Below, in pieces: positions 13,405-25,800 of a stretch of 64,000 nucleotides of DNA. Within the stretch, counting starts at the first letter, position 1. The number at the start of each line of letters is the position of its first letter. Source of the DNA: Pecten maximus (lineage: Eukaryota). The DNA lies in contig NC_047015.1 in assembly GCF_902652985.1 (NCBI RefSeq), positions 59,892,001-59,956,000 of the forward strand. Direction: 5' to 3'. Under the pieces are notes generated by a model. The model worked only from the letters and a program-made list of their open reading frames with translations, made no database searches and had not been told where the DNA came from. Position numbers and translations under genes: made by a program.

Positions 13405-14446
13405 TTTTTAGGTCATCTGACCCAAAGGGTCGGGGTGACCTATAGTCATCATGTTTCGTCCGTCGTCGTGCGCCGTGCGTAAGCTTTTCACATTTCAAAC
13501 TTCTTCTCAAGTTCCACCAGTGGGATTGAGCTGAAACTTGCCTGAAATTATGCTGGGATGGTCCTGAGCAAGTGTTGTTATTTTTCGGGTCAGTCTGAAA
13601 TCCAACATGGCCGCCATGGCAGCCATCTTGAAAAACACATTTTAAACTTCTTTTCCACTTCCACTGGTGCGATTGAGCTGGAAATTGGTGAGGATGTTAA
13701 GAAAGGAGAGCCAACAAAGTGTTGTTATTTTTTGGCCTCGTAAAAACTTTGACATGGCAGCCATGGCGGCCATTTTGTAACATTATTGCGCAATCATGAT
13801 TTTCCTAAACAACAACTATTTCAAACCTCTTCTCAAATTCTACCAGTGGGATTCAGCTCTTACCAGAAATAACCCTGAGATGGTCCTGACCAAGTGTTGT
13901 CATTTTTCAGGTCGGTCAGAAATCCAAGATGGCCACAATGGCAGCCATCTTGTAAAACACATTTTAAACTTCTTCTCCAGATCCACTAATGCGATTGAGC
14001 TGGAAATTGGTGAGGATGTTAAGGAAGGAGGGCCAACAAAGTGTTGTTATTTTTTGGCCTCGTAAACACTTTGACATGGCAGCCATGGCAGCCATTTTGT
14101 AACAAGATTGTGCAATCATGGTTTTCCTGAACAACACCTATTTAAAACTTCTTCTCAAATTCCGCCAGTGGGATTCAGCTCCAACTTACCAGAAATGGTC
14201 CTGATCAAGTGTTGTTTTTTATTCGGTCGGTCAGAAATCCAAGATGGCCTCAATGGCAGCCATCTTGAAAAACACATTTTAGATAGTCTTGATTAAGTGT
14301 TTTTATTTTTCGGGTTGATCCAAATTCCAAGATGGCCACCATGGCAAACAGTGCCACTATACCTGCTACAGAGAATGTATACTACAATAGTATAAGGGTC
14401 TTTAATTAAGAGTCAGATGATCATTAAGGCCCTTGGGCCTTTTGTT
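13405..14446 (+). mobile_element. Helentron-type non-autonomous element (HINE-like) with internal repeats
   Basis: Subterminal IR gtcatctgac/gtcagatga, 5' hairpin, gtcc/gtc microsatellite, 3' hairpin aaggcccttgggcctt, T-rich flanks. Confidence 0.72.
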
Positions 14447-14499
14447 ATAGATGTTACATCACACAAGTTTTTCTTACTTTTAAATATGTATAGTCTTTC

Positions 14500-15150
14500 A
14501 TACCTTCATACAGTCTTCTGACTGCGAAATCCATCGACGTCGTCAGCCAGGACCACCTCTCACTGGGCGTTTCGACTCCTATCCTGGAACGCCCTAAAGG
14601 TGGCGCGTCGACAGTGATTGGCCAAATCACTGCCCGTCGATGGATGGCTTCCAGCTCTTGTCCTCCCTTCTCCACCAAAGCCAGCTGGACGACTTCTCTG
14701 CTGTTGTTGCCAGTCGTTGTACAGCTGCCCTTCGGTCTTTCCCCCGGATGCCTACAGCAGCAAACATCCTCCACATGGACTGTGCAGGGAATCCTCTACA
14801 CCCCATCTCTACTGGCATGACCCACACACACCATCCTTTTGCTCTCACGTCATCAGTAAGGTTGGCGTACTTCTCTCTTTTCCGTTCGTATGCCTCTTGA
14901 CAACGCTCCTCCCAGGGGACAGTAAGCTCAATCATTATCATCCTCTTCCCTTGCTGTGACCAGAGTAGAATATCTGGACGAAGGTTGGTTTGGACGACCT
15001 CTGGAAAAGCCAGTCTTTGTCCCAAGTCAACCCACATCTCCCAGTTCTGAGCTCCGTCCAGTATCCCTCTCTGGTGTGCTGTTGTTTTGCTGCCTGTTTC
15101 TCTTGATCTTACAAAGTTGATGTAGGGTTGTTGTATAAGTGGCTTTTCTA
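14500..15150 (-). mobile_element. 3' fragment of an RLE-type (HERO-like) non-LTR retrotransposon
   Basis: RPDILLWS...IELTVPWEE...ERK..KY...PVEMGCRGF is a PD-(D/E)XK restriction-like endonuclease. Stop at 14627, followed by a structured 3' UTR. Confidence 0.82.
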
Positions 15151-15249
15151 ATGAAATTTTATGTGATATTTCATATGCATGCATATCAATGTTTTCATGT
15201 TATTACAAAAACTTAGACTTTATAAAATATCGGTACCTATATCTATCGT

Positions 15250-16120
15250 TAAGTATGTGGGTGCTGCATTTCCCCTGTTGGGCCCCCTTTCTCTCGCCCC
15301 AAGGGTGCCACATCTTTCATTTATACAACATTGCCAAATAATTCTCAAGTCCAAATTTCATCAATCATCAAAATCCATTTAGTTGTTCAGGACTAGTAGC
15401 GATCTAAAAAAGATTGACCTCAATTTCCCCTATTGGGCCCCACCCCTTTAGCCTCAGGAAGCCACACCATCCATTTATATAACATTAGATCTCCTTGGCC
15501 CAATAATGCTCCATACCAAATTTCATCAAAATCCATTCAGGTGTTCAGGACTAGTAGGGATTTAAAGGATTTACCTCAATTTCCCCTATTGGGCCCCACC
15601 CCTCAAGCCCCTGAGGATCAATACCCTCTTTATATAACGTTAGATCTCCTTTGCCCAATAATGCCCCAGACAGCAGACGGACACTGTCCTTTGCATAAAC
15701 TCGCCAGTCCTTCAGGCCATGTGACCTAAAAAAAATGTTAATAATAATATCATTACAAAGGGCAATATGACTCTTTAAGTACCTATAACTGTTGATTAGC
15801 CTAATTCCCATATCAAAAATTGTCGATATATGGCTACATACAAATATTCATTAAACTTGGCTGATATTTACTCCGGTTATCGTGTTCACAAGGTCCAATA
15901 ATTATATCATTACAAAGGGCAATAACTCTACAAGTTATACAGTCAAATAATTTCCATTTTTAAACTCCTCCAAGTTCTTGTTGTTATCTGACTGCATATA
16001 AAGATTCACCAAGCCAACGGTTGATATTTACTCAAGTTGCCGCGTTCATAAGGTTATTGTTGACAGACGGACGCTGACGCCATAAGCCAACCTTGATCCT
16101 TTGGACCAGGTGAGCTAATT
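15250..16120 (-). mobile_element. Degenerate HINE-like remnants; 15250-15730 is the same family as 58543-61222, inverted
   Basis: Shared motifs gactagtagcgat and aatttcccctattgggccccacccc; ends gtgacctaaaa and caggtgagctaa. Confidence 0.6.
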
Positions 16121-16573
16121 CATATCACATGTGTGTGTAGTCATGCGTTTGTGTAGTGACATAAGTATGAATTCTCTGGGTCTTCAGACACTGAACAGTA
16201 AGTTTATTTTATGAGTTAGATATTACATACAATACATTACATACAATTTACAAGAAGCAGTGTATGTACACATTTACAACATTGTGTTTCATTTAAAACT
16301 ATGGACATTATATCACAGAAAGATATCTGTACCAGTAGTTAGCGGTACAGTTCAGTATTCCCATTAAATCCTATCAATCGGCTAGTTTTTGGACATTATA
16401 GTATAAAACTTTCTCCCCTGATTATACACACGTTTTGTGTGTCAATGCATTCTTCTTTTAATTCAATACATAATGTTTTTATTTCGGGTGATTTATGAAG
16501 AAAGACGACGGAAGATGTTCTCAAGGAAAACAATTTGAGGAGATAACACCAGTCCATTGGCTAAAAGACACTT

Positions 16574-16819
16574 CTAGTCCTCATTACTTTCAGTGCGTGC
16601 ACTGAGTGCCAACGTTACGCGCCTCATGGCGGGCTGTACGTGGGGGAACTCCTGGTTCAGTCGGTCCACTATAGCACTTAGAGCCTGCATACGATCGACC
16701 TGTTTGGTACTCTCATTCTCCAGAGAAGATTCTGACTTGCACAACATGGTGTATTTTCCATCCTTGGCCTGTTGGAAGTATTTTGTTTTCTGTTGTTTCT
16801 CTAGAATTTCTGTCATGTT
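16574..16819 (-). CDS. CCDC40: CCDC40 last coding exon
   Basis: DGKY...QEFPH, TAG stop; AATAAA on the minus strand at 16203-16208. Confidence 0.9.
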   Translation of the reverse strand, partial: NMTEILEKQQKTKYFQQAKDGKYTMLCKSESSLENESTKQVDRMQALSAIVDRLNQEFPHVQPAMRRVTLALSARTESNED

Positions 16820-19800
16820 CTGTAACATAGACAAATAGGTATGTGAAATAAATGTTTACAACTTGATAAAGTCAATATCCTCCCAAAAACCAAGGATTCC
16901 AACATGGACTGTCACAAAATTGTAATTTGGAGATGGAAATCCCATCAATAAAATTGTGTTTTTAATTGAAGAAAGCTGTTGTAATTATATGCGTGTACTG
17001 GTCAGTAAGATATCTTACTATTAACTATGTATTTGTTATGATCTAAGGGCAGATAACTCTAATTCCGGAAATTTGTATTGTTTTTCATTTCATTTTATTA
17101 GTATGTACCTAATTCCGGAAAATATGAACTGGATATCGATGATGTTTTTTTATTTTTTAGTTGTGAGAGAGATGGAATAAAACGATGGAAGGCAGACGAT
17201 TTTTCCGAGTGAACTTTTTGAATTAAAAACCTCACACAGCCAAGGAAGCCCCTCTAACATAACATTGTTTAACTAGAACTGTCGCCAGGATGGTTGACTA
17301 ATACCCCCGCAATCTGCACGAGTCAATGGTGAATTGGAAATGTTAATTAGAGGCTACCTAAGATAACCCAGTAAAACCTGTTTATAGTGACCAGTTGCCA
17401 TAGCAACCATAATTTTGTAAAAAATAAAGTGGCATGAAGTTTCATTGAAATTGGCCCTTCGGTTTAGGAGGAGTTGTCCGGACAAATTTAAAGTTATGGT
17501 TCTTATCAGAAAACCTGTTTATAGTGACCAGTTGCCATAGAAACCATAATTTTGAAAGAAAAGAAAGTGGTATGCACATCTACACATGGTCCTCTATATT
17601 TGTGTGAAGTTTCATTGAAATCGCCATTTAGTTTAGGAGGAGTTGTCCGGACAAACTTCAAGTTATGGTTCTTATCAGAAAACCTGTTTATAGCGACCAG
17701 TTGCCAAAGCAACCATAATTTTGAAAGAAAAGAAAGTGGTATGCACATCTACACATGCTCCTCTATATTTGTGTGAAGTTTCATTGAAATTGGCCTTTTG
17801 GTTTAGGAGGAGTTGTCCGGACAAACTTAAAGTGATGGTTCTTATAAGAAAACCTGTTTATAGTGACCAGTTGCCATAGCAACCCATAATTTTGAAAGAA
17901 AAGAAGTGGCATGCACATCTACACATGGTCCTCTATATTTGTGTGAAGTTTCATTGAAATTGGCCATTTAGTTTAGGAGGAGTTGTCCGGACAAACTTCA
18001 AGTTATGGTTCTTATCAGAAAACCTGTTTATAGTGACCAGTTGCCAAAGCAACCATAATTTTGAAAGAAAAGAAAGTGGTATGCACATCTACACATGGTC
18101 CTCTATATTTGTGTGAAATTTCATTGAAATTGGCCTTTTGGTTTAGGAGGAGTTGTCCGGACAAACTTAAAGTGATGGTTCTTATCAGAAAACCTGTTTA
18201 TAGTGACCAGTTGCCATAGCAACCCATAATTTTGAAAGAAAAGAAGTGGCATGCACATCTACACATGGTCCTCTATATTTGTGTGAAGTTTCATTGAAAT
18301 TGGCCATTTAGTTTAGGAGGAGTTGTCCGGACAAACTTAAAGTTATGGTTCTTATCGGAAAACCTGTTTATAGTGACCAGTTGCCATAGCAACGATAATT
18401 TTGAGAAAAATAAAGTGGCATGCACATCTACACATGATCATTAATATTTGTGTGAAGTTTCATCGGAATTGACCCATCGGTTTAGGAGGAGTTGTGCGGA
18501 CAAAATGCGTCTACAGACAGACGGACGTACGGACGGACAGACAACCTGATTCCAGTATACCCCCCCTAACTTCGTTGCGAGGGTATAATAACACTGACCT
18601 TCTGCTTGACCTCAAGGAGTCCCTCAATATCACCATCCAGGGTGTCAGAGCTACCCTGGAGTTGTTGGACATTGACTTGGTTCTGTTCTAACTGACTGCT
18701 CAACTCCAACTGGTGGTCACGTAACTCCTGTATCTCACTATCACAGGAATTAGCCTCCTGGAAAAACAAAAATATCACAGGAATTAGTCTCCTGGAAAAA
18801 CAAAAATATCACAGGAATTAGCCAAAAATTCAAGATGGCGGCCTGTTGGCCATGTTGTTTTCCGATCCGCCCTACAATGTAATATGCACAACTAAGGACG
18901 ACATCTGAAATTTGAGAAAGATCGCTTCTGAAAAATAGCTGTAACCCATTTCAATTGTCAAAATCCAAGATGGCCGCTTGACATTGATAAGAAATGAATT
19001 ATCTGTCAAAATACATTTATAAGCAGCAGTGCTATGAAACACTGTATCAAACCAAACATCATATTTATAACTAACACTAACAGTGCTATCACAGAACCAA
19101 TCACCATACATTTATAACTAACAGTGCTATCACAGAACCAATCACCATACATTTATAACTAACAGTGCTATCACAGAACCAATCACCATACATTTATAAC
19201 TAACAGTGCTATCACAGAACCAATCACCATACATTTATAACTAACAGTGCTATCACAGAACCAATCACCATACATTTATAACTAACAGTGCTATCACAGA
19301 ACCAATCACCATACATTTATAACTAACAGTGCTTTCACAGAGCCAATCACCATACATTTATAACTAACAGTGCTATCACAGAACCAATCACCATACATTT
19401 ATAACTAACAGTGCTATCACAGAACCAATCACCATACATTTATAACTAACAGTGCTATTATTACAGAACCAATCACCATACATTTATAACTAACAGTGCT
19501 ATTATTACAGAACCAATCACCATACATTTATAACTAACAGTGCTATCACAGAACCAATCACCATACATTTATAACTAACAGTGCTATCACAGAACCAATC
19601 ACCATACATTTATAACTAACAGTGCTATTATTACAGAACCAATCACCATACATTTATAACTAACAGTGCTATTATTACAGAACCAATCACCATACATTTA
19701 TAACTAACAGTGCTATTATTACAGAACCAATCACCATACATTTATAACTAACAGTGCTATTATTACAGAACCAATCACCATACATTTATAACTAACAGTG

Positions 19801-22800
19801 CTATCACAGAACCAATCACCATACATTTATAACTAACAGTGCTATCACAGAACCAATCACCATACATTTATAACTAACAGTGCTATCACAGAACCAATCA
19901 CCATACATTTATAACTAACAGTGCTATCACAGAACCAATCACCATACATTTATAACTAACAGTGCTATCACAGAACCAATCACCATACATTTATAACTAA
20001 CAGTGCTATCACAGAACCAATCACCATACATTTATAACTAACAGTGCTATTATTACAGAACCAATCACCATACATTTATAACTAACAGTGCTATCACAGA
20101 ACCAATCACCATACATTTATAACTAACAGTGCTATCACAGAACCAATCACCATACATTTATAACTAACAGTGCTATTATCACAGAACCAATCACCATACA
20201 TTTATAACTAACAGTGCTATTAGACACTCTTTCTAACAAAATATTATTACATAATACTTTTATCCACCTTTTTCAGTGATATAAAAACATGATAATATAA
20301 ACACATATATACCTGAATCGTATGTTTTATTTTCTTTCTCAGTTCAGCCATCTGTCGTTCAAATGTTCCCTTTGTAAGGACATTCTTATTTGTTTTCTGT
20401 TGGGCGTCTCCACGGGTGACAATCGTGTCTCTCCTGTTAAACACAATATTTATAGACTTCAGTCAATTTTAACATCAATAAGTCTTACTGTAAATGTGGA
20501 TATTTATGCTAATTACGTCCTTTTGATCGCGATAATTCCCTCTACACGTATTATATTGATATCAATTTGCATTATCTCAAACTACCAATGAAGGTGGATT
20601 GTTTCGAAAATTACCCCCACACATATAGTTTATAATCATATAAAAATCGTGAAATTGACCCCCTGCGAAAATATCCACATTTACAGTATTAAGAAAAAAT
20701 AAAATATTCAAAGTACATGTATATAATTATCTAATGAGTCTCATACAGTGAAGACATGGATACATAACTAGGTAATAGTTACATAACCAGGTAATAGTTA
20801 CATAACCAAGTAATAGTTACATAACCAGGTAATAGTTACATAACCAGGTATTAGTTACATAACCAGGTAATAGTTACACAACCAGGTAATAGTTACACAA
20901 CCAGGTATTAGTTACATAACCAGGTAATAGTTACATAACCAGGCAATAGTTACATAACCAGGTAATAGTTACATAACCAGGTAATAGTTACATAACGAGG
21001 TAATAGTTACACAACCAGGTAATAGTTACATAACCAGGTAATAGTTACATAACCAGGTATTAGTTACATAACCAGGTAATAGTTACATAACCAGGTATTA
21101 GTTACATAACCAGGTAATAGTTACACAACCAGGTAATAGTTACACAACCAGGTATTAGTTACATAACCAGGTAATAGTTACATAACCAGGCAATAGTTAC
21201 ATAACCAGGTAATAGTTACATAACCAGGTAATAGTTACATAACTAGGTAATAGTTACACAACCAGGTAATAGTTACATAACCAGGTAATAGTTACACAAC
21301 CAGGTAATAGTTACATAACCAGGTAATAGTTACACAACCAGGTAATAGTTACATAACCAGGTAATAGTTACACAACCAGGTATTAGTTACACAACCAGGT
21401 ATTAGTTACATAACCAGGTAATAGTTACATAACCAGGTAATAGTTACACAACCAGGTAATAGTTACATAACCAGGTAAAAGTTACATAACCAGCTCTAGG
21501 TCAAGGTCACACAGACCTGGGTAGTTCACCTTTTTTGGAGCTCTGACAAAAAAACTATTTTCATCGATTTATTGGAAACTGCGTATGATCTTTTTTGGCA
21601 TAATAATGTGCGAGTGAACCGTCACCATCCTCGTAAAAATATCTCTGGATCTTTTTTTCTAAAAATGTTGATTTTGGACATGTGAAATTTGAACAATGGA
21701 TTGACACCCAGCTGGTGAACACTGTTAACCAACACTACACTATTAATTACCTAGATTTACCTGGACTACACTGACTATATTCACTTTATGAACTGTATTA
21801 TCTACTATACAAAGGAGTAAATATGCCTACCGGCAATCGTCATAGAAATGGAAGTACAAAGTCAGGATCGGAAAAAACCATTGATGACAGACTAGAGGAA
21901 ATAACTGAAATGCTGTCCAATGTAGTTACTAAGCAGTACATGGAGGAAAGATACAACAAGCTAAAGGAAGCTATCAGAGCAGAGAACAAACAACTGGTAG
22001 AGGAGCTGAAAGGAAGGGTCTTTGATCTTGAGACAGAAAATGAAAATTTACGCCAGACTGTTAGCAGTCTTGAGGGAAAAGTTGCTGAACTGCAAAATTC
22101 GAATGAAATCATGGAGGCGAGGAGTAATGATTTAGAGCAGCATGGGAGGAAAAACTCACTCAGAATAAATGGCCTGGAAGACTCATCAGACTCGGAAACT
22201 GCTGAAGACTGTGCTAAGAAAATTGTAAAGTTTGTGAATGAAAAACTTGATGTGCAGCTTACCAGTTCTGACATTGACATTGCTCACAGACTAGGAAAAT
22301 TTAACAAAGACAGACCCAGAAATATCATTGTGAAATTTGTGCGCCGTTTCAAACGAAACGAAGTGATAAAATCCCGGTACAAGTTGAAAAAATCTGGTAT
22401 TACTATTTTCGAGGATCTCACAAGGACCAATCAAAGGATACTGGCGGATGCTTACAAACTTCCCTGTGTCAAAAACTCTTTTAGTATCGACGGAAAGCTT
22501 TTTGCCATACTATCAAATGGAAAAAAGAGGAGACTTTCACTGGGTACTCGGCTCACCGAAAGTTTTTTGAAGAATGATTCCAACTTCCAGTAGACTTAAT
22601 TTTAATGGATAATATATCGGTATGGAACTTTGGCACCACGGTGCCGCCAGGAATTAATTCCTCCTGGTTAATACCGATAACTTTTGACAGTGTTTGGAAT
22701 TTAATTGGTAATATAATGTGTACGCGTGTATATGTGTGTCTTTTCTTAGTGTGTGGCATGTTTTCCATGTGATTACGGGACATACATTTCTGTAACACCA

Positions 22801-25800
22801 GGTAAGATGTAGCTTTTTTGTATATGTAGCCTGTGATTTTTCCCCCCTTTATTTACTCAAAATTCTACGCACATTCCAATATGTGGAAATATACATCTAA
22901 AAGTGCATTAATCTCTTTGGAGTCTGTCCATTATATAATCAGTAACATCTGGCAGAACATACTTGCCCAGTTTTTTTGTTGTTTTTTTTGTACACTTCTT
23001 TCAAATACCAATGTTTCTCTTTTATTTATCCACTGTTTTTAGATATAAGATTTATTCAGTACATGCTCGAATTTCTTGCCAGTCTGTTTGACTACGTACA
23101 TGTACATACATTATACTGGTTGTTTGTGGCATAAGAGTAGCTACAATGTATATATTTTTCTGGTTTATATTCATCTAGGTCTATATCATACCTGCCAAGG
23201 GTCCAATATTGTCAAACTGGAGATCTCCAGTTTGAGGACTTTCCTCAAACTGGGGATTGTGCGCGACGACATTTTTACAGAACATGGTGCCTTCATCAAC
23301 AAAAAGCAACACAAATTAATTGATTAATATATTCACTTTAATTACACATGAATGCAACTGAGTAATTATAATGATTAGTGAATATCTACAGAATAGTTAA
23401 TGAAATTACTGGTCCTGGTGTTTCTTGGCGGATAGCATGGGCTTTCCCAAGCGGGTGAAAACTGGAGAATTTAATAAAATTCGGGACCCGCAAGGGTCAT
23501 TGATCTCAAACTGGAGATTTTGATTTCTGAACTGAATTTTCGGGAGTCTCCCGACCAATGCGGGAAACTTGGCAGGTATGCTATATTGTATATGTTTTAT
23601 CTAATTTTCAAGGAAAAAAAATCAGTATGGGTTGTATTTATTGTTCTTGTGCAAAATCCTGTCAAAGTTACAATGTACAACGGTGTTAAATAATCAGTGA
23701 CAGCTGTAGGGTTACCTACAACGTTAACACATTAAATATTGGTACTTTATATAAAATGCATACGATATCTCTTTTCCGGATTACACCAAGTCCGGAAATG
23801 TATTATACAACTTCCGGTAAGATAACTCTTGTCTGACAACAATATGGTGGTGTAGATGCTGTTTCAGAAAGAAAACGTGTGTAGTATGTTAGGTTGGCAG
23901 TGGTCTTTAGGTCGTTGACCTCACGTATGTATTTTATGTCTTTATACAGTCTATTTCTTTCTATCTACTCGCTATCTCTTTCTTTCTTTGTTCTCGGGAT
24001 GGGGACAGTTAATTTGATAGCTTTGTGTTTATACCGTAGATAGCATTTCGATTATATCAGCAAATTGTCGGGGCATTGGAGAAAAAACTAAACGAACTGA
24101 TATTTTTTCTTACTTTCGATCAATGCAATGCAATATTATATGTTTACAAGATACACACTTTACTGAAGAAAACGAAGGTATCATTAGAAATCAGTGGGGT
24201 TACCGATGCTTTTTCAGTTCTTACAAATCCAACTCGAGGGGTGTTGCCATTTTATTTAAAAATAATTTTGAATTTAAAATATTTAAAGAGAGAAGAGGAC
24301 CTAATGGTAATTTTATTGCACTAGCAATTGGCATTGAAAATTTTAACATAACACTCATTAACTTGTATGGTCCAAATGAAGATAACCCTGCATTTTATAA
24401 TCTTATATCTGAGACAGTTGAAGACTTTAACAATAAATATGTTATCATCTGTGGCGACTTTAACCTAGTCTTAGACCCCAGTTTAGACTATGATAATAGT
24501 TATAAGCATATCAATAATCCTAAAGCTAGGGACAAAGTTTTGGAAATTATTGATAATTTCTCTCTTATTAATATTTTTAGGGAACATCACGAGAATTTAA
24601 AAAGGTACTCCTGGAGGAGAAGTAACCCCAAAAAACAGGCCCGTCTAGACTTTTTTCTTCTGACTGAAAACCTACTTTCAAATACAGTAAAATCAAACAT
24701 AGAAACAGGATACAGATCAGACCACTCTTTCCCATCAATATCTCTTAAACTTACTGAATTCAAAATAGGTAAAGGTATTTGGAAATTTAATAACAGTTTA
24801 CTACATGATCAAAACTATCTAAAACTTGTTAAGGAATGTATTTTGGAATCTAAAAGAATAAACTGTCTGCCTTTATATAATCTTTTCAATATATCAAACA
24901 TACCAGATGCAGACCTTCAGTTTACTATTGATGATTCTCTCTTTCTAGAAACCTTATTGACACACATCAGAGGCAAAACAATTTCTTATTCAACCTTTCT
25001 CAAAAAACAACGAAATCTTAATGAGAATAATTTAAAAACAGCTATTCAAAAACTTGAAGAAGAAGATGATATTAATTTTGCACAATTAGAATGTAAAAAG
25101 AAAGAATTAGAAAAAATAAGACAACATAGAATTAAAGGCAGTATAGTAAGATCAAGAGCTAAATGGATTGAAGAGGGTGAGAAACCAACTAACTACTTTT
25201 TTAATTTGGAAAATAGAAATTTTACCTCGAAAATAATTCCTAAATTGCAATTAGATGATGGAAAAGTTATTACAAAGCAAGATGAAATCTTAGATGAAGT
25301 TCGCAGTTTTTATGAAAATCTTTATAATGATGAAAATGAAATAGAAGATGTTCACTTGCAAGATTTGTTAAAAGATTGTAATGTTTGTTAACTAAATAGA
25401 CAAGATGCTGAAAAGTTAGAAGGTCCTATAACTCTAGAAGAAGCAGGAAAAACATTAAAAAGCATGAAAAACAACAAGAGTCCTGGCATAGATGGTTTTA
25501 CAGCTGAGTTCTTTAAATGTTTTTGGAAATATTTGGGTAATTTTGTGGTAAGATCTATAAATTCAGGGTACATAAAAGGTGAACTATCTATTTCTCAACG
25601 TCGTGGAATTGTGACTTGCATACCAAAGGGAGACAAACCAAGGCATTTTATAAAAAACTGGAGACCAATTACATTACTCACTGTGATATATAAAATAGCA
25701 TCTGGAACAATTACACATAGAATAAAAACAGTTTTAGACAAAATTATAGATAAGGATCAGACAGGTTTTCTCGCTGGACGATATATTGGGGAAAATACAC

